NCBI GenBank assembly: GCA_007375535.1
Contig: VMEM01000001.1
Location: forward strand, 103,462-167,461
Direction: 5' to 3'
From: Parcubacteria group bacterium LiPW_41
GTDB lineage: Bacteria; Patescibacteriota; Minisyncoccia; UBA6257; GWB1-50-10
DNA length: 64,000 nucleotides
This document shows, piece after piece, positions 50,319-58,890 of the stretch (positions are counted from its first letter, which is position 1; each line of letters starts with the position of its first letter). Below the pieces are notes generated by a model. The model searched no databases. It was given only the letters and a program-made list of their open reading frames with translations, and was not told the origin of the DNA. The position numbers were made by a program, and so were the translations under genes.

Positions 50319-51224
50319 GTGAGAATTCAAAAAAATAAGTCATTAACTAAGTTAAATACATTTGGTATAAGAAGTGTTGCAGAATACTTTTGTGAGCCAA
50401 AAAACGATAAAGAGATAGTTGACGCGATTGATTGGGCAAAAAGAAATGGAGTAAGTTGGGTTGTTCTCGGAGGGGGAAGTAATATTGTATGTTCTCCGAT
50501 CGTTTCTGGTTTAGTGATAAAAATACCAAAAGGAAAGACTGTTTTCAAAAAAGGCCTTTTTGTTGTTGATGCTGGTGTTTCACTTGATGATTTTATTGCT
50601 ACAACAGTAACAAAAGGATATAAAGGACTCGAATCGTTATCTTGGATTCCGGGAACCGTTGGTGGTGCAACAATTGGGAATGCGGGTGCGTATGGAACAT
50701 CAATACAAAATTCAATTTCTCGTGTGTGTGTCTTAGTACATGGAGAAGTAAAATGGATAACTAACAAAGCATGTGAGTTTGGGTATCGTGAAAGTGCATT
50801 AAAGCATATGAAGTGTGTGGTGCTGCGAATTGAGTGTGCACTAGAAAAAGGTAATAAAAAAGAGCTACAGGAGAAAAGAAAGAATATTATCTCAATAAGA
50901 AGTAAGAAATTTAAAAAAACCCTTCGGTGTCCCGGAAGTTATTTTAAAAATATTCACATAAAGAACGTTCTAATGTCATCTCTTGAGCGTTTGGATAAAA
51001 CGAAAATTATTGATGGAAAAATACCAGCAGGATATATTTTAGAATTGATTAATGCAAAAAAAGTTTCTTGTGGTGGAATGTGTGTCGCAGATTTTCATGC
51101 AAATTGCATAATTAATGTTGGTGGGGGAACAAGCGATGATGTAAAAAATGTTGCAGAAACATTAAAACAAAAAGTATATGACGAATATGGGATCGTGCTT
51201 GAGGAGGAAGTTCGGTATTTATAA
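50319..51224 (+). CDS. murB: UDP-N-acetylenolpyruvoylglucosamine reductase
   Basis: LGGGSN, IPGTVGGA..GNAGAYG, FGYRES, GSYFKN, HAN, LEEEV. Confidence 0.95.
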   Translation: MRIQKNKSLTKLNTFGIRSVAEYFCEPKNDKEIVDAIDWAKRNGVSWVVLGGGSNIVCSPIVSGLVIKIPKGKTVFKKGLFVVDAGVSLDDFIATTVTKGYKGLESLSWIPGTVGGATIGNAGAYGTSIQNSISRVCVLVHGEVKWITNKACEFGYRESALKHMKCVVLRIECALEKGNKKELQEKRKNIISIRSKKFKKTLRCPGSYFKNIHIKNVLMSSLERLDKTKIIDGKIPAGYILELINAKKVSCGGMCVADFHANCIINVGGGTSDDVKNVAETLKQKVYDEYGIVLEEEVRYL

Positions 51225-51226
51225 CA

Positions 51227-51799
51227 ATGAATGAAAAACAAAAAAAATTAGACAGTTTGAGGAGAGAAATAGAGTCAGATAAAAATCTTCCACTTTCAAC
51301 AAATCTCGTATTTGGTGAGGGAGATATAGATTGTAAAATCCTTTTTATTGGCGAGGCACCAGGGGAAAAGGAAGATGAGACGGGAAGGCCGTTTGTTGGA
51401 AGGGCTGGACAACTCCTCACCAAGTCTTTAGAGGAGATTGGACTAAAAAGAGAGGATGTATATATAACCAATATTGTGAAGCGACGACCACCAATGAATA
51501 GAGATCCACTTCCTGAGGAGATTCTTCTATATAAACCATATCTGACGAAACAAATTGAGATAATTAACCCAGTACTTATTGCAACACTTGGAAGATTTTC
51601 AATGAACTATTTCCTTCCTGATGCAAAAATTATGAAAGATCAAGGAAAGCTATTTCGAGTAAAAGATTTTTTTGTATACCCAATACTCCATCCAGCCGCA
51701 GCACTTCGTGGAAATACGATGATGGCTGTATTTAAAGAAAGTATAAAAAAACTTCCAAAAGCAGTAGAAAAGGCAGGGAAGTTAAAATCCACAAAATAG
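51227..51799 (+). CDS. Uracil-DNA glycosylase family 4
   Basis: IGEAPG..ED.TGRPFVGRAG, HPAAALR. Confidence 0.93.
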   Translation: MNEKQKKLDSLRREIESDKNLPLSTNLVFGEGDIDCKILFIGEAPGEKEDETGRPFVGRAGQLLTKSLEEIGLKREDVYITNIVKRRPPMNRDPLPEEILLYKPYLTKQIEIINPVLIATLGRFSMNYFLPDAKIMKDQGKLFRVKDFFVYPILHPAAALRGNTMMAVFKESIKKLPKAVEKAGKLKSTK

Positions 51800-51814
51800 G
51801 ATATAATTATTGTA

Positions 51815-52159
51815 ATGAATTTTTCGGTAGTTTATCTTGTAGAACGATTTATTTATAGAATTTTCGAATTCTTACGTCATTGGTATGTGCGAAGCGCAAG
51901 AATTTATTCAAATTTTATACTTACTAAATTTGAACGCTTAGATAGAAGGCTTGCCCTAGTGGTGACGCTAAAGAATTTGTTTCAACCACTATATAAAGAT
52001 TACACAATTATTGGGTATATAATTGGATTTATTTTTCGTTCTATTCGTCTTATTGTTGCGAGTGTCATTTATATAATATTTTTTTCCGTTGCTGCGATTG
52101 TCTACTTGATTTGGCTTGCTATTCCACCAATTCTCTTTTTGTCTGCTTTGCGTTGGTAA
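51815..52159 (+). CDS. Small membrane protein preceding the Clp ATPase
   Basis: FLRHWY, NLFQPLYKDY, GFIFR followed by hydrophobic C-terminus. Confidence 0.7.
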   Translation: MNFSVVYLVERFIYRIFEFLRHWYVRSARIYSNFILTKFERLDRRLALVVTLKNLFQPLYKDYTIIGYIIGFIFRSIRLIVASVIYIIFFSVAAIVYLIWLAIPPILFLSALRW

Positions 52160-52168
52160 ATAATTCTT

Positions 52169-54682
52169 ATGGAAAAACTATACTATAAAGAACCTAGACT
52201 CTCTCTTTCTGCAACCGGAGAATTTTTTGTCCGAGTAATTGCTTATTCTGCATATGCAGGAACAACAATTGCTGCATTTTTTTTCTTACTTTCAGAGAAT
52301 GCCTCAGAGCGAAGCCTTGGACTTCTTCTCTTGTTATTTATAATCGACAGAGCAATGCACGTTCGACACGGAGAGCGAACGATTTATGAATTAAAAAAAG
52401 GAGATAAAAACGTTGCGCGTTCTTGTTCTCCACAAAGTTATCACATATTGAATTATTCACTTAGGAAGGCGTTGGTTTTAAAAAAGAATTTTAATTTAAT
52501 TCTTCTTTTGGAACTTCTTGGGAGACGAGACATTCAGGAGGCGCTCCGTCGTTTGGGTGTTAAACACAACGATGTTCAAAAAAAAGTTGAAACACTTATT
52601 GAGTCCACTGTGTTGATTGAGGGCGCAGGAAAAGAATATTATTTAAAAAATATTGAATCCCTTGTTGTTGTGGCATTTCAAAATGCAATCGATACTGGAG
52701 AACAATACACGCATCCAAGAAACCTCTTTGTGGCACTTTCGATTTCTGGTGATTCAGCGATCGCAAAGGTGTTTGATCTTTTTAATCTTGAGGAAGAAAC
52801 CGTACAAGAGGCTATTATTTTTGGAAAATGGGGAAGAATGTTTTTTGGAATTAGAAGGATTCCTGCTGTATTAGGAGGCTTTATTCACAATCCTACACAC
52901 CTTAGAAAGAGAGTTATTAATCGTTCTTGGACTGCGCGACCAACCCCAGTTCTTGATCAATTCAGCACCGACCTAACAGAGCTTGCTAATCAAGAGAAGG
53001 TTGGTTTCCTTATTGGACACAACGAAGAAATGAATGTGTTAATTCACACACTTTCTCGTCCTGGAAAACCAAACGCAATTCTCATTGGAGAGCCTGGAGC
53101 GGGAAAAACATCAATGATTGCTCATCTTGCTTACCGGTTAATAAAAGACGATGTTCCTTCGCCTTTATATGACAAGCGGCTTGTTTCTCTTGATATTCCA
53201 GCCCTTATTTCAAACTCAACACCAGAGGTATTGGTGGGAAGATTAAAAGAGATTACAGATGAAGTAATTTTGGCGGGAAATATAGTTTTACATATCCCAG
53301 AACTTCATGATCTTTTTAGAACTGCCAATAATAAAGGGGGCATCAATGCTATTGATGTAATTCTTCCTATAATAAAAAATCAAGCAATTCCAGTTGTTGG
53401 GGAAAGTTTCCCGCGTGAATTTAAAACTTATATAGAGGCGAGAACTGACTTTTTGGATCAGTTTGAATCTATTACTATTAATGAGATTTCAGAGAAAGAA
53501 GCAATACGATTTCTTGTTTACCAAACACTGTTGCTTGAGAAGCAGTACAAGTTATTTATAACATTTCGGGCAATTGAACAATCAGTAAAAATAGCACATA
53601 GATATTTTCATAATAAACTTCTTCCTGGAAGTGCATTGGATTTATTGAAGCAGGCGATTATTGCAGCGAAAGACGAAAGAAGAAAAATACTTGAAGCAGA
53701 GGATATTACAAAAATTGCTGAAACACAAACACGAATTCCAATTGAAAAAGCTGGGGATGATGAAGCACAGAAACTTCTCAACCTGGAAGAGATGATACAT
53801 AAGAAATTAGTAAATCAGTCACATGCAGTATCGTCGGTTTCTCGATCACTTAGAGAATACCGTAGTGGACTTTCACGAAAAGGGGGGCCAATTGCTACAT
53901 TTCTTTTTGTTGGACCGACTGGTGTTGGTAAAACCGAGCTCGCAAAAATTTTAACAAAGATTCAATTTGGGTCTCAAGATTCTATGATTCGTTTTGATAT
54001 GTCTGAATATCAAGACAAACAGAGTATTTCTCGTTTTATTGGAAGCTCAAACGGAGAGAGTTCTGGAGCACTTACTGATGCGGTTTCTAAAACGCCATAT
54101 AGTCTTATACTTCTTGATGAATTCGAGAAGGCACATCCTGATATTTTAAATCTTTTTTTACAAGTCTTTGATGATGGAAGACTTACTGATAATTTAGGGA
54201 GGGTTGTTGGTTTTGAAAATACTATTATTATCGCAACTTCAAATGCTCATTCAGAATTTATTAAAACTGAAATTGAGAAGGGGAGAAAAAGTGGAGAAAT
54301 TGCAGACGATCTAAAGAAAAAACTTACAGACTATTTCAAACCAGAACTTATAAATCGATTTTCCGATATTATTGTGTTTAGGACGTTAACACAAGATGAG
54401 ACAAAACAAGTAGCAAAGCTTTTAATTGGAGAGGTTTCGGGGACGTTGCGGGAATCTCAAGGGATTGATTTAGTAGTTGATGATTCTGCATTGTCCGAAA
54501 TTGCTCGAATTGGATATAGCCCAGTATTCGGTGCTCGCCCATTAAGACAGACAATATCAGAAAATATTAGAAGTGTTCTTGCTGAGAAGATTCTAAGGAG
54601 GGAAATAACTCGTGGGGTTGTTGTTATTATGTCCTTTGTAGATAGTTCGTTTGTGTGGAAAATAGATGGGGATGGGGTATAG
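52169..54682 (+). CDS. ClpA/B/C-family double AAA+ ATPase with N-terminal TM segments
   Basis: GEPGAGKT and GPTGVGKTE Walker A motifs, RFDMSEY, LLDEFEKAHP, FGARPL. Confidence 0.9.
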   Translation: MEKLYYKEPRLSLSATGEFFVRVIAYSAYAGTTIAAFFFLLSENASERSLGLLLLLFIIDRAMHVRHGERTIYELKKGDKNVARSCSPQSYHILNYSLRKALVLKKNFNLILLLELLGRRDIQEALRRLGVKHNDVQKKVETLIESTVLIEGAGKEYYLKNIESLVVVAFQNAIDTGEQYTHPRNLFVALSISGDSAIAKVFDLFNLEEETVQEAIIFGKWGRMFFGIRRIPAVLGGFIHNPTHLRKRVINRSWTARPTPVLDQFSTDLTELANQEKVGFLIGHNEEMNVLIHTLSRPGKPNAILIGEPGAGKTSMIAHLAYRLIKDDVPSPLYDKRLVSLDIPALISNSTPEVLVGRLKEITDEVILAGNIVLHIPELHDLFRTANNKGGINAIDVILPIIKNQAIPVVGESFPREFKTYIEARTDFLDQFESITINEISEKEAIRFLVYQTLLLEKQYKLFITFRAIEQSVKIAHRYFHNKLLPGSALDLLKQAIIAAKDERRKILEAEDITKIAETQTRIPIEKAGDDEAQKLLNLEEMIHKKLVNQSHAVSSVSRSLREYRSGLSRKGGPIATFLFVGPTGVGKTELAKILTKIQFGSQDSMIRFDMSEYQDKQSISRFIGSSNGESSGALTDAVSKTPYSLILLDEFEKAHPDILNLFLQVFDDGRLTDNLGRVVGFENTIIIATSNAHSEFIKTEIEKGRKSGEIADDLKKKLTDYFKPELINRFSDIIVFRTLTQDETKQVAKLLIGEVSGTLRESQGIDLVVDDSALSEIARIGYSPVFGARPLRQTISENIRSVLAEKILRREITRGVVVIMSFVDSSFVWKIDGDGV

Positions 54683-54690
54683 TAAGAGTA

Positions 54691-55344
54691 ATGAAGATAA
54701 GAATTTCTTTAGATATAAAAGATTTAACAGTAAATCGCGTGATTCGTCATTTTATTCTTTCCGATTTACTTCTATTGGGTGGTTGGGGACTCATTAGTCC
54801 AGTGTTTGGATTGTTTATTATTAATAATATTCAAGATGCAGATATTTTTTCCGTTGGGGTTTCCGTTGGGGTATATTTGATAATAAAGTCTATTGTTCAA
54901 CTTCCTGTTGCGGTATTACTCGATAAAAAACAAAATGAGAAAACAAGCTTTTATGTACTTGTTTCAAGTTTGATGTTGGCTGGGTTTTCCGCTGTCGCAT
55001 ATTGTGCAGTAGATACTGTTACCGGACTTTATATTGTTTCGGCGTTACAAGGATTTTCGTTTGGGTTGTATACTCCTTCATGGTCTGTTATGTTTTCAAA
55101 GCACTTGGATAGTGGGCATTGTTCATTGGATTGGTCGCTTGATTCTACTACTATTGGAATTGCGTCTGGGGCTGCGGCGATTTTTGGTGGTTTTATAGCC
55201 TCTGCGTTCGGGTTTACCTCAATCTTCATTGTTGCATCATTGCTCTCTTTTGTTGGGGCTTTTGTATTACTTACAGTTCCACATCTTATTTTTCCAAATA
55301 AAACCCAATCAAAAACGATAATCAGCGAACACACACATATATAA
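54691..55344 (+). CDS. Half-size MFS-like transporter
   Basis: About 6 TM helices; QLPVA.LLDK and FSKHLD segments. Confidence 0.75.
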   Translation: MKIRISLDIKDLTVNRVIRHFILSDLLLLGGWGLISPVFGLFIINNIQDADIFSVGVSVGVYLIIKSIVQLPVAVLLDKKQNEKTSFYVLVSSLMLAGFSAVAYCAVDTVTGLYIVSALQGFSFGLYTPSWSVMFSKHLDSGHCSLDWSLDSTTIGIASGAAAIFGGFIASAFGFTSIFIVASLLSFVGAFVLLTVPHLIFPNKTQSKTIISEHTHI

Positions 55345-55345
55345 T

Positions 55346-55906
55346 ATGAAAACAGAACATTCTGCGGGGATAATAATTTATAGAAAAACAAAAGAAGGTC
55401 CGAAGTTTTTGCTTTTGTATCACGGGGGCCCCTATTGGAATTTTCCAAAAGGAAAACTTGATGGGGAATCGAATTTTAAAGCGGCACTTCGCGAGGTACA
55501 CGAAGAGACTGGCATTTTAGAAAAAGATCTTCGTTTTCGCACATGGTTTAAGGTGCAAGATAAATTTTCTTACACAAGAAACAAAGAGCGAATAAATAAA
55601 ACAGTTACCTATTATTTAGCTGAAACAAAAAAACAAGAGATTAAAATTAAGATAGTTCCTGAAACACACAATGGTGAAAAACACGAAGGGTATGCATGGT
55701 TTTTATATAGGGATGCATCACGATTCCTTATTTCTCCAACACTGAAACTAAACTTAAAAAAAGCATATGCAACAGTTGTTCAACGAAAAAATTTTGTTGG
55801 TGGTAAAGAAGGTTCCCAAGGGCAGAGTAATAACATACAAAGGAATCGCCCGTTTAGCAGGGAACGAGCGCGCGTGTCGAGCAGCAGGGAACGCACTTCA
55901 CAATAA
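55346..55906 (+). CDS. NUDIX hydrolase (Ap4A hydrolase-like)
   Basis: WNFPKGKLD.GES..AALREVHEETG Nudix box. Confidence 0.9.
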   Translation: MKTEHSAGIIIYRKTKEGPKFLLLYHGGPYWNFPKGKLDGESNFKAALREVHEETGILEKDLRFRTWFKVQDKFSYTRNKERINKTVTYYLAETKKQEIKIKIVPETHNGEKHEGYAWFLYRDASRFLISPTLKLNLKKAYATVVQRKNFVGGKEGSQGQSNNIQRNRPFSRERARVSSSRERTSQ

Positions 55907-56069
55907 TAAACATCCAGTGGTGGTTCCTTGTCATCGAGTTGTGCGCATGGATGGGGGACTTGGTGGGTATGGAGGGGGACAAAAAAGAAAGAGAGAACTA
56001 CTTCTTTCTGAAGGGGTTCAGATAAAAAATGGGAAGATAGATCTTGATAAATATGGTTGGAAAATATAA
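55767..56069 (+). CDS. O6-methylguanine-DNA methyltransferase, single domain
   Basis: VPKGRVITY, RAAGNA, PCHRVV active site, LLLSEG. Confidence 0.9.
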   Translation: MQQLFNEKILLVVKKVPKGRVITYKGIARLAGNERACRAAGNALHNNKHPVVVPCHRVVRMDGGLGGYGGGQKRKRELLLSEGVQIKNGKIDLDKYGWKI

Positions 56070-56096
56070 AACCTCCAAAAATGGAGGTTTTATATT
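56062..56096. terminator. Bidirectional terminator
   Basis: ATATAAAACCTCCA-AAAA-TGGAGGTTTTATAT. Confidence 0.75.
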
Positions 56097-56098
56097 TA

Positions 56099-56443
56099 TT
56101 ATTTTACGAATTCTACAATTTTCTTGAATACTGTTGGTTGTTCTTCCGCAAGCATTGCAAGCATCTTCCTATCAAGTTTTACATCTTTCTTTTTAAGAGC
56201 GGAAATAAATGAACTATATTTTGTTCCCTCTGTTCGTGTGGCAGCGTTTATTTTAGTTTGCCAGAGTGAGCGGAAGTTTCTTTTCTTTTCCTTTCTTCCT
56301 CTGAACATTCGAGAAAGTCCGTGAAGGAGTGCTTCTTTTGCGAGTCGCTCTTTTGATTTTCGTCCCCAACGATATCCCTTGGTTAATTTAAGAAGTTTTT
56401 CACGTTTTTTATGCGCGATGGTACCTCGTTTTACTCTTGTCAT
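56099..56443 (-). CDS. rplT: 50S ribosomal protein L20
   Basis: MTRVKRG, KGY.WGR, FRSLWQ.KINAA, LDRKMLA. Confidence 0.97.
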   Translation of the reverse strand: MTRVKRGTIAHKKREKLLKLTKGYRWGRKSKERLAKEALLHGLSRMFRGRKEKKRNFRSLWQTKINAATRTEGTKYSSFISALKKKDVKLDRKMLAMLAEEQPTVFKKIVEFVK

Positions 56444-56446
56444 AAA

Positions 56447-56626
56447 TTAGATATATTTCTTTATTGTTGACATTGGAAGTGAAAGTCCTCTATTTGCCTT
56501 CTTTCTTCCAAGTTGTGTTCCCGACTTATTGCTTCGTGAGTGTCCTAATGCCATTGGTCGGCGCGAAACCTTCCCTGACTTAGTTAGTTTTATTCTTTTT
56601 GAGACACTTTTCTTTGTTTTGTTCAT
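56447..56626 (-). CDS. rpmI: 50S ribosomal protein L35 (not in the ORF track)
   Basis: MNKTKKSVSKRIKLTKSGKVSRRPMALGHSRSNKS..., 59 aa, between infC and rplT. Confidence 0.9.
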   Translation of the reverse strand: MNKTKKSVSKRIKLTKSGKVSRRPMALGHSRSNKSGTQLGRKKANRGLSLPMSTIKKYI

Positions 56627-56630
56627 ATAC

Positions 56631-57131
56631 TTATTTTTTCGTAACTTGGGTTATAAATCCTCTTCCTCCTGGTTTCGGGGCTAGTGTAACCTGGTGTGGA
56701 ACAGTTATCATTGCCAAGAACTCATTTAATTTTTGCAACCCCCAATCTTTGTTTCCCTTTTCACGGCCACGAAGAAAGAGATTTATTTCTACTTTGTGCC
56801 CCTCACCAAGAAACTCTTCAACTTTTCGTATTTTTACCATGAGATCATTTTTTCCAGCTCGTGGTGTAATGCGTACTTGTTTTAGGTCTTTTGTTTTTTG
56901 GGTAAGACGTTTTTTCTTTTCTTCTTTTTCCTGTTGGTATCGGAATTTATCAAAACCAATGATTTTTGCAACGGGCGGATTTGCCTGTGGGGCGATTTCT
57001 ATGAGGTCGAGGCCTCGAGCCTTCGCTTCAGTGAGCGCTTGGTCGCGAGTCATGACTCCAAGGTTATCTCCCGTTTCGGTAATTACACGAAGTTCAGGGG
57101 AATTTATTTGATTGTTGATTTTATACTGAAT
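56631..57131 (-). CDS. infC: Translation initiation factor IF-3; probable non-AUG start
   Basis: INNQI, LDLIEIAP.ANPPVAKI, FL.EGHKV, LRGRE; start placed at ATT 57131 (ORF-track ATG at 57149 is the alternative). Confidence 0.93.
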   Translation of the reverse strand: MQYKINNQINSPELRVITETGDNLGVMTRDQALTEAKARGLDLIEIAPQANPPVAKIIGFDKFRYQQEKEEKKKRLTQKTKDLKQVRITPRAGKNDLMVKIRKVEEFLGEGHKVEINLFLRGREKGNKDWGLQKLNEFLAMITVPHQVTLAPKPGGRGFITQVTKK

Positions 57132-57242
57132 GATACAATCGTACCACATATTTTAAAAAACGCAATTCCATTTGACAAAAAGTAGCAAAAGAGCTTTAAC
57201 AATAGCAGAACCTACAAAAATCAATAAACAAGGAGAGTTAGT

Positions 57243-57857
57243 ATGAAACACATGTTCCATGAAGTTTTTAACGATAAAGTCCATTCTATGATACAGAAAA
57301 TGGATAAGATTGGATATCCAAAAGAAGCATTGATAATTCTTGCCCAAAAAGTAAACAAATTATGGATTGCTGTCCAAGAAGGAGAAATAAAAGAATTAGG
57401 TAATAATTTCTATCCATTTCTTCCAATAATTCCAACTTCAGTTTTTCCTATTGAGGAACAGTGTTTGTTGTTGGGAATATCAATTCCTGAGAATCCTCCT
57501 TTTAGAGGGAGTGACACATCGGAATCACAAGAGCCATATTTTATCACTAACGTGAACGACGGTTCTGAATTTTTTGAATCGAATATCTCGTCAGCAAGAC
57601 TTTCTATTGAAGATAAAAAAAGAAAATCACTTTCAGATGTTGAAGCTCTTTCTTTATTTTTTCATTCAGATGCTCTTGTTGATCCATTCAAAAACAAAAT
57701 GAGTTGTTTTGCATCACTTGGAACAAAATATTTTTCTTACCCGAGCGAAGAAGAATATATACCGATGTTTGATTTACAATTAGGAAAATTTTTTCTAATT
57801 AGAGATGAAACAAAAACCAATATTCTCTGCCCATCAAAAGGAACCATTGAAGTGTAA
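57243..57857 (+). CDS. Hypothetical protein, DUF5701-like
   Basis: PFLPIIP, PYFITNVNDG, RKSLSDVEALSL pattern; AAGGAG SD; own terminator. Confidence 0.55.
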   Translation: MKHMFHEVFNDKVHSMIQKMDKIGYPKEALIILAQKVNKLWIAVQEGEIKELGNNFYPFLPIIPTSVFPIEEQCLLLGISIPENPPFRGSDTSESQEPYFITNVNDGSEFFESNISSARLSIEDKKRKSLSDVEALSLFFHSDALVDPFKNKMSCFASLGTKYFSYPSEEEYIPMFDLQLGKFFLIRDETKTNILCPSKGTIEV

Positions 57858-57927
57858 ACACGCCCCGCAATTCGCGGGGTATTTATTTACATAAAAAAAT
57901 AACCCCGCGAATAATTGTGCGGGGTTT
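57856..57927. terminator. Two back-to-back GC hairpins, one terminator per strand
   Basis: CCCCGC-AATTC-GCGGGG+TATTT and AAAAAAATAACCCCGC...GCGGGGTT. Confidence 0.65.
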
Positions 57928-58068
57928 GAATAAAGGGAAAAAACTGTTGTTTGCTTTAAAAATAAAAGCTTAAAATCAAAGTACCTTATACTTTGGAGAG
58001 AGAATATAAATAATTTTCAAGGTACTTATATATAATACAATATTTGAATTGACAAACAAGCGGAGAAC

Positions 58069-58077
58069 TGTGGATAA
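58069..58077 (-). promoter_or_regulatory. Perfect DnaA box outside oriC
   Basis: TGTGGATAA, the reverse complement of TTATCCACA. Confidence 0.5.
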
Positions 58078-58080
58078 CTT

Positions 58081-58164
58081 TTCGCTCACAAACAATAATA
58101 CTTTTCAGGAGACTTTACCGATTTAGTCTCTTGAAAAGTATTATTGTTTATTCGCTTTGTATGG
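58081..58164. repeat. Palindromic hairpin element, copy B
   Basis: AAACAATAATACTTTTCAGGAGACT-TTACCGATTT-AGTCTCTTGAAAAGTATTATTGTTT. Confidence 0.75.
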
Positions 58165-58280
58165 AGTGTATCTTAGTCTCTAAACAATTACATTCTCTTT
58201 TCGTCTATATGTTGGGATTGTATTGAGGAGAGAAAAGGAATATAACAAAATCAGTATTAACAAATAAATAAGGAGGAAAT

Positions 58281-58847
58281 ATGAGAAGGGCGTTTGTAAC
58301 CCCATGCTTTAGTGATTGGACCAAAGAAGTCTTTGTTCCTGGGCCAATGCGAATTATTAATGGGAAGAGGACCGACTATCCAATTCGGCGGATACTTAGA
58401 GTTGATGAGGTTGAGGGGATAGATTGGTATAGAAAACCAGACCCAGATTTTGAGATGGGGACATATTCGCGTTGTCATAGAGTGTTACGAAAAGTGTTAC
58501 AGATAGGAGATGTGTTGTTCTTTAGGACTTTGTGGCGAGATGCTCCATATCTCATCGGATATTTTGAGATTACCCAAAAAACAGGAGATGAAGAGAATCC
58601 CATCTGTGTTACTGATGTAACGCGCTCTAGATGTGTAGATTTTCTCATCCCAATTAGTCCTGGTATGGTCTTGATGGCAAACGAGAAGGCAAGGTTGGGA
58701 AGTCGACATTTTAATAAACTAGTGAATGAGTATATGGGAAGATCCTATTTGGAATTAATGCCAGGGGTTGCAACTTGTTTCAAACACTATGTTGATTTAG
58801 TGGCTTATTGTAGGAAAGAGAATCAGAAATTATATCCGCTCAAGTGA
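58281..58847 (+). CDS. Hypothetical protein resembling nucleotide-modification-associated (Nmad2/Nmad3-like) domains
   Basis: PDPDFEMGTY..C...R..L..GDVLFF....YLIGYF; AAGGAGG SD; terminator at 58834-58860. Confidence 0.5.
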   Translation: MRRAFVTPCFSDWTKEVFVPGPMRIINGKRTDYPIRRILRVDEVEGIDWYRKPDPDFEMGTYSRCHRVLRKVLQIGDVLFFRTLWRDAPYLIGYFEITQKTGDEENPICVTDVTRSRCVDFLIPISPGMVLMANEKARLGSRHFNKLVNEYMGRSYLELMPGVATCFKHYVDLVAYCRKENQKLYPLK

Positions 58848-58890
58848 GCGGATTTTTTTTCTTTGTATTGTGTGGTAATTTAAGTGAGTA

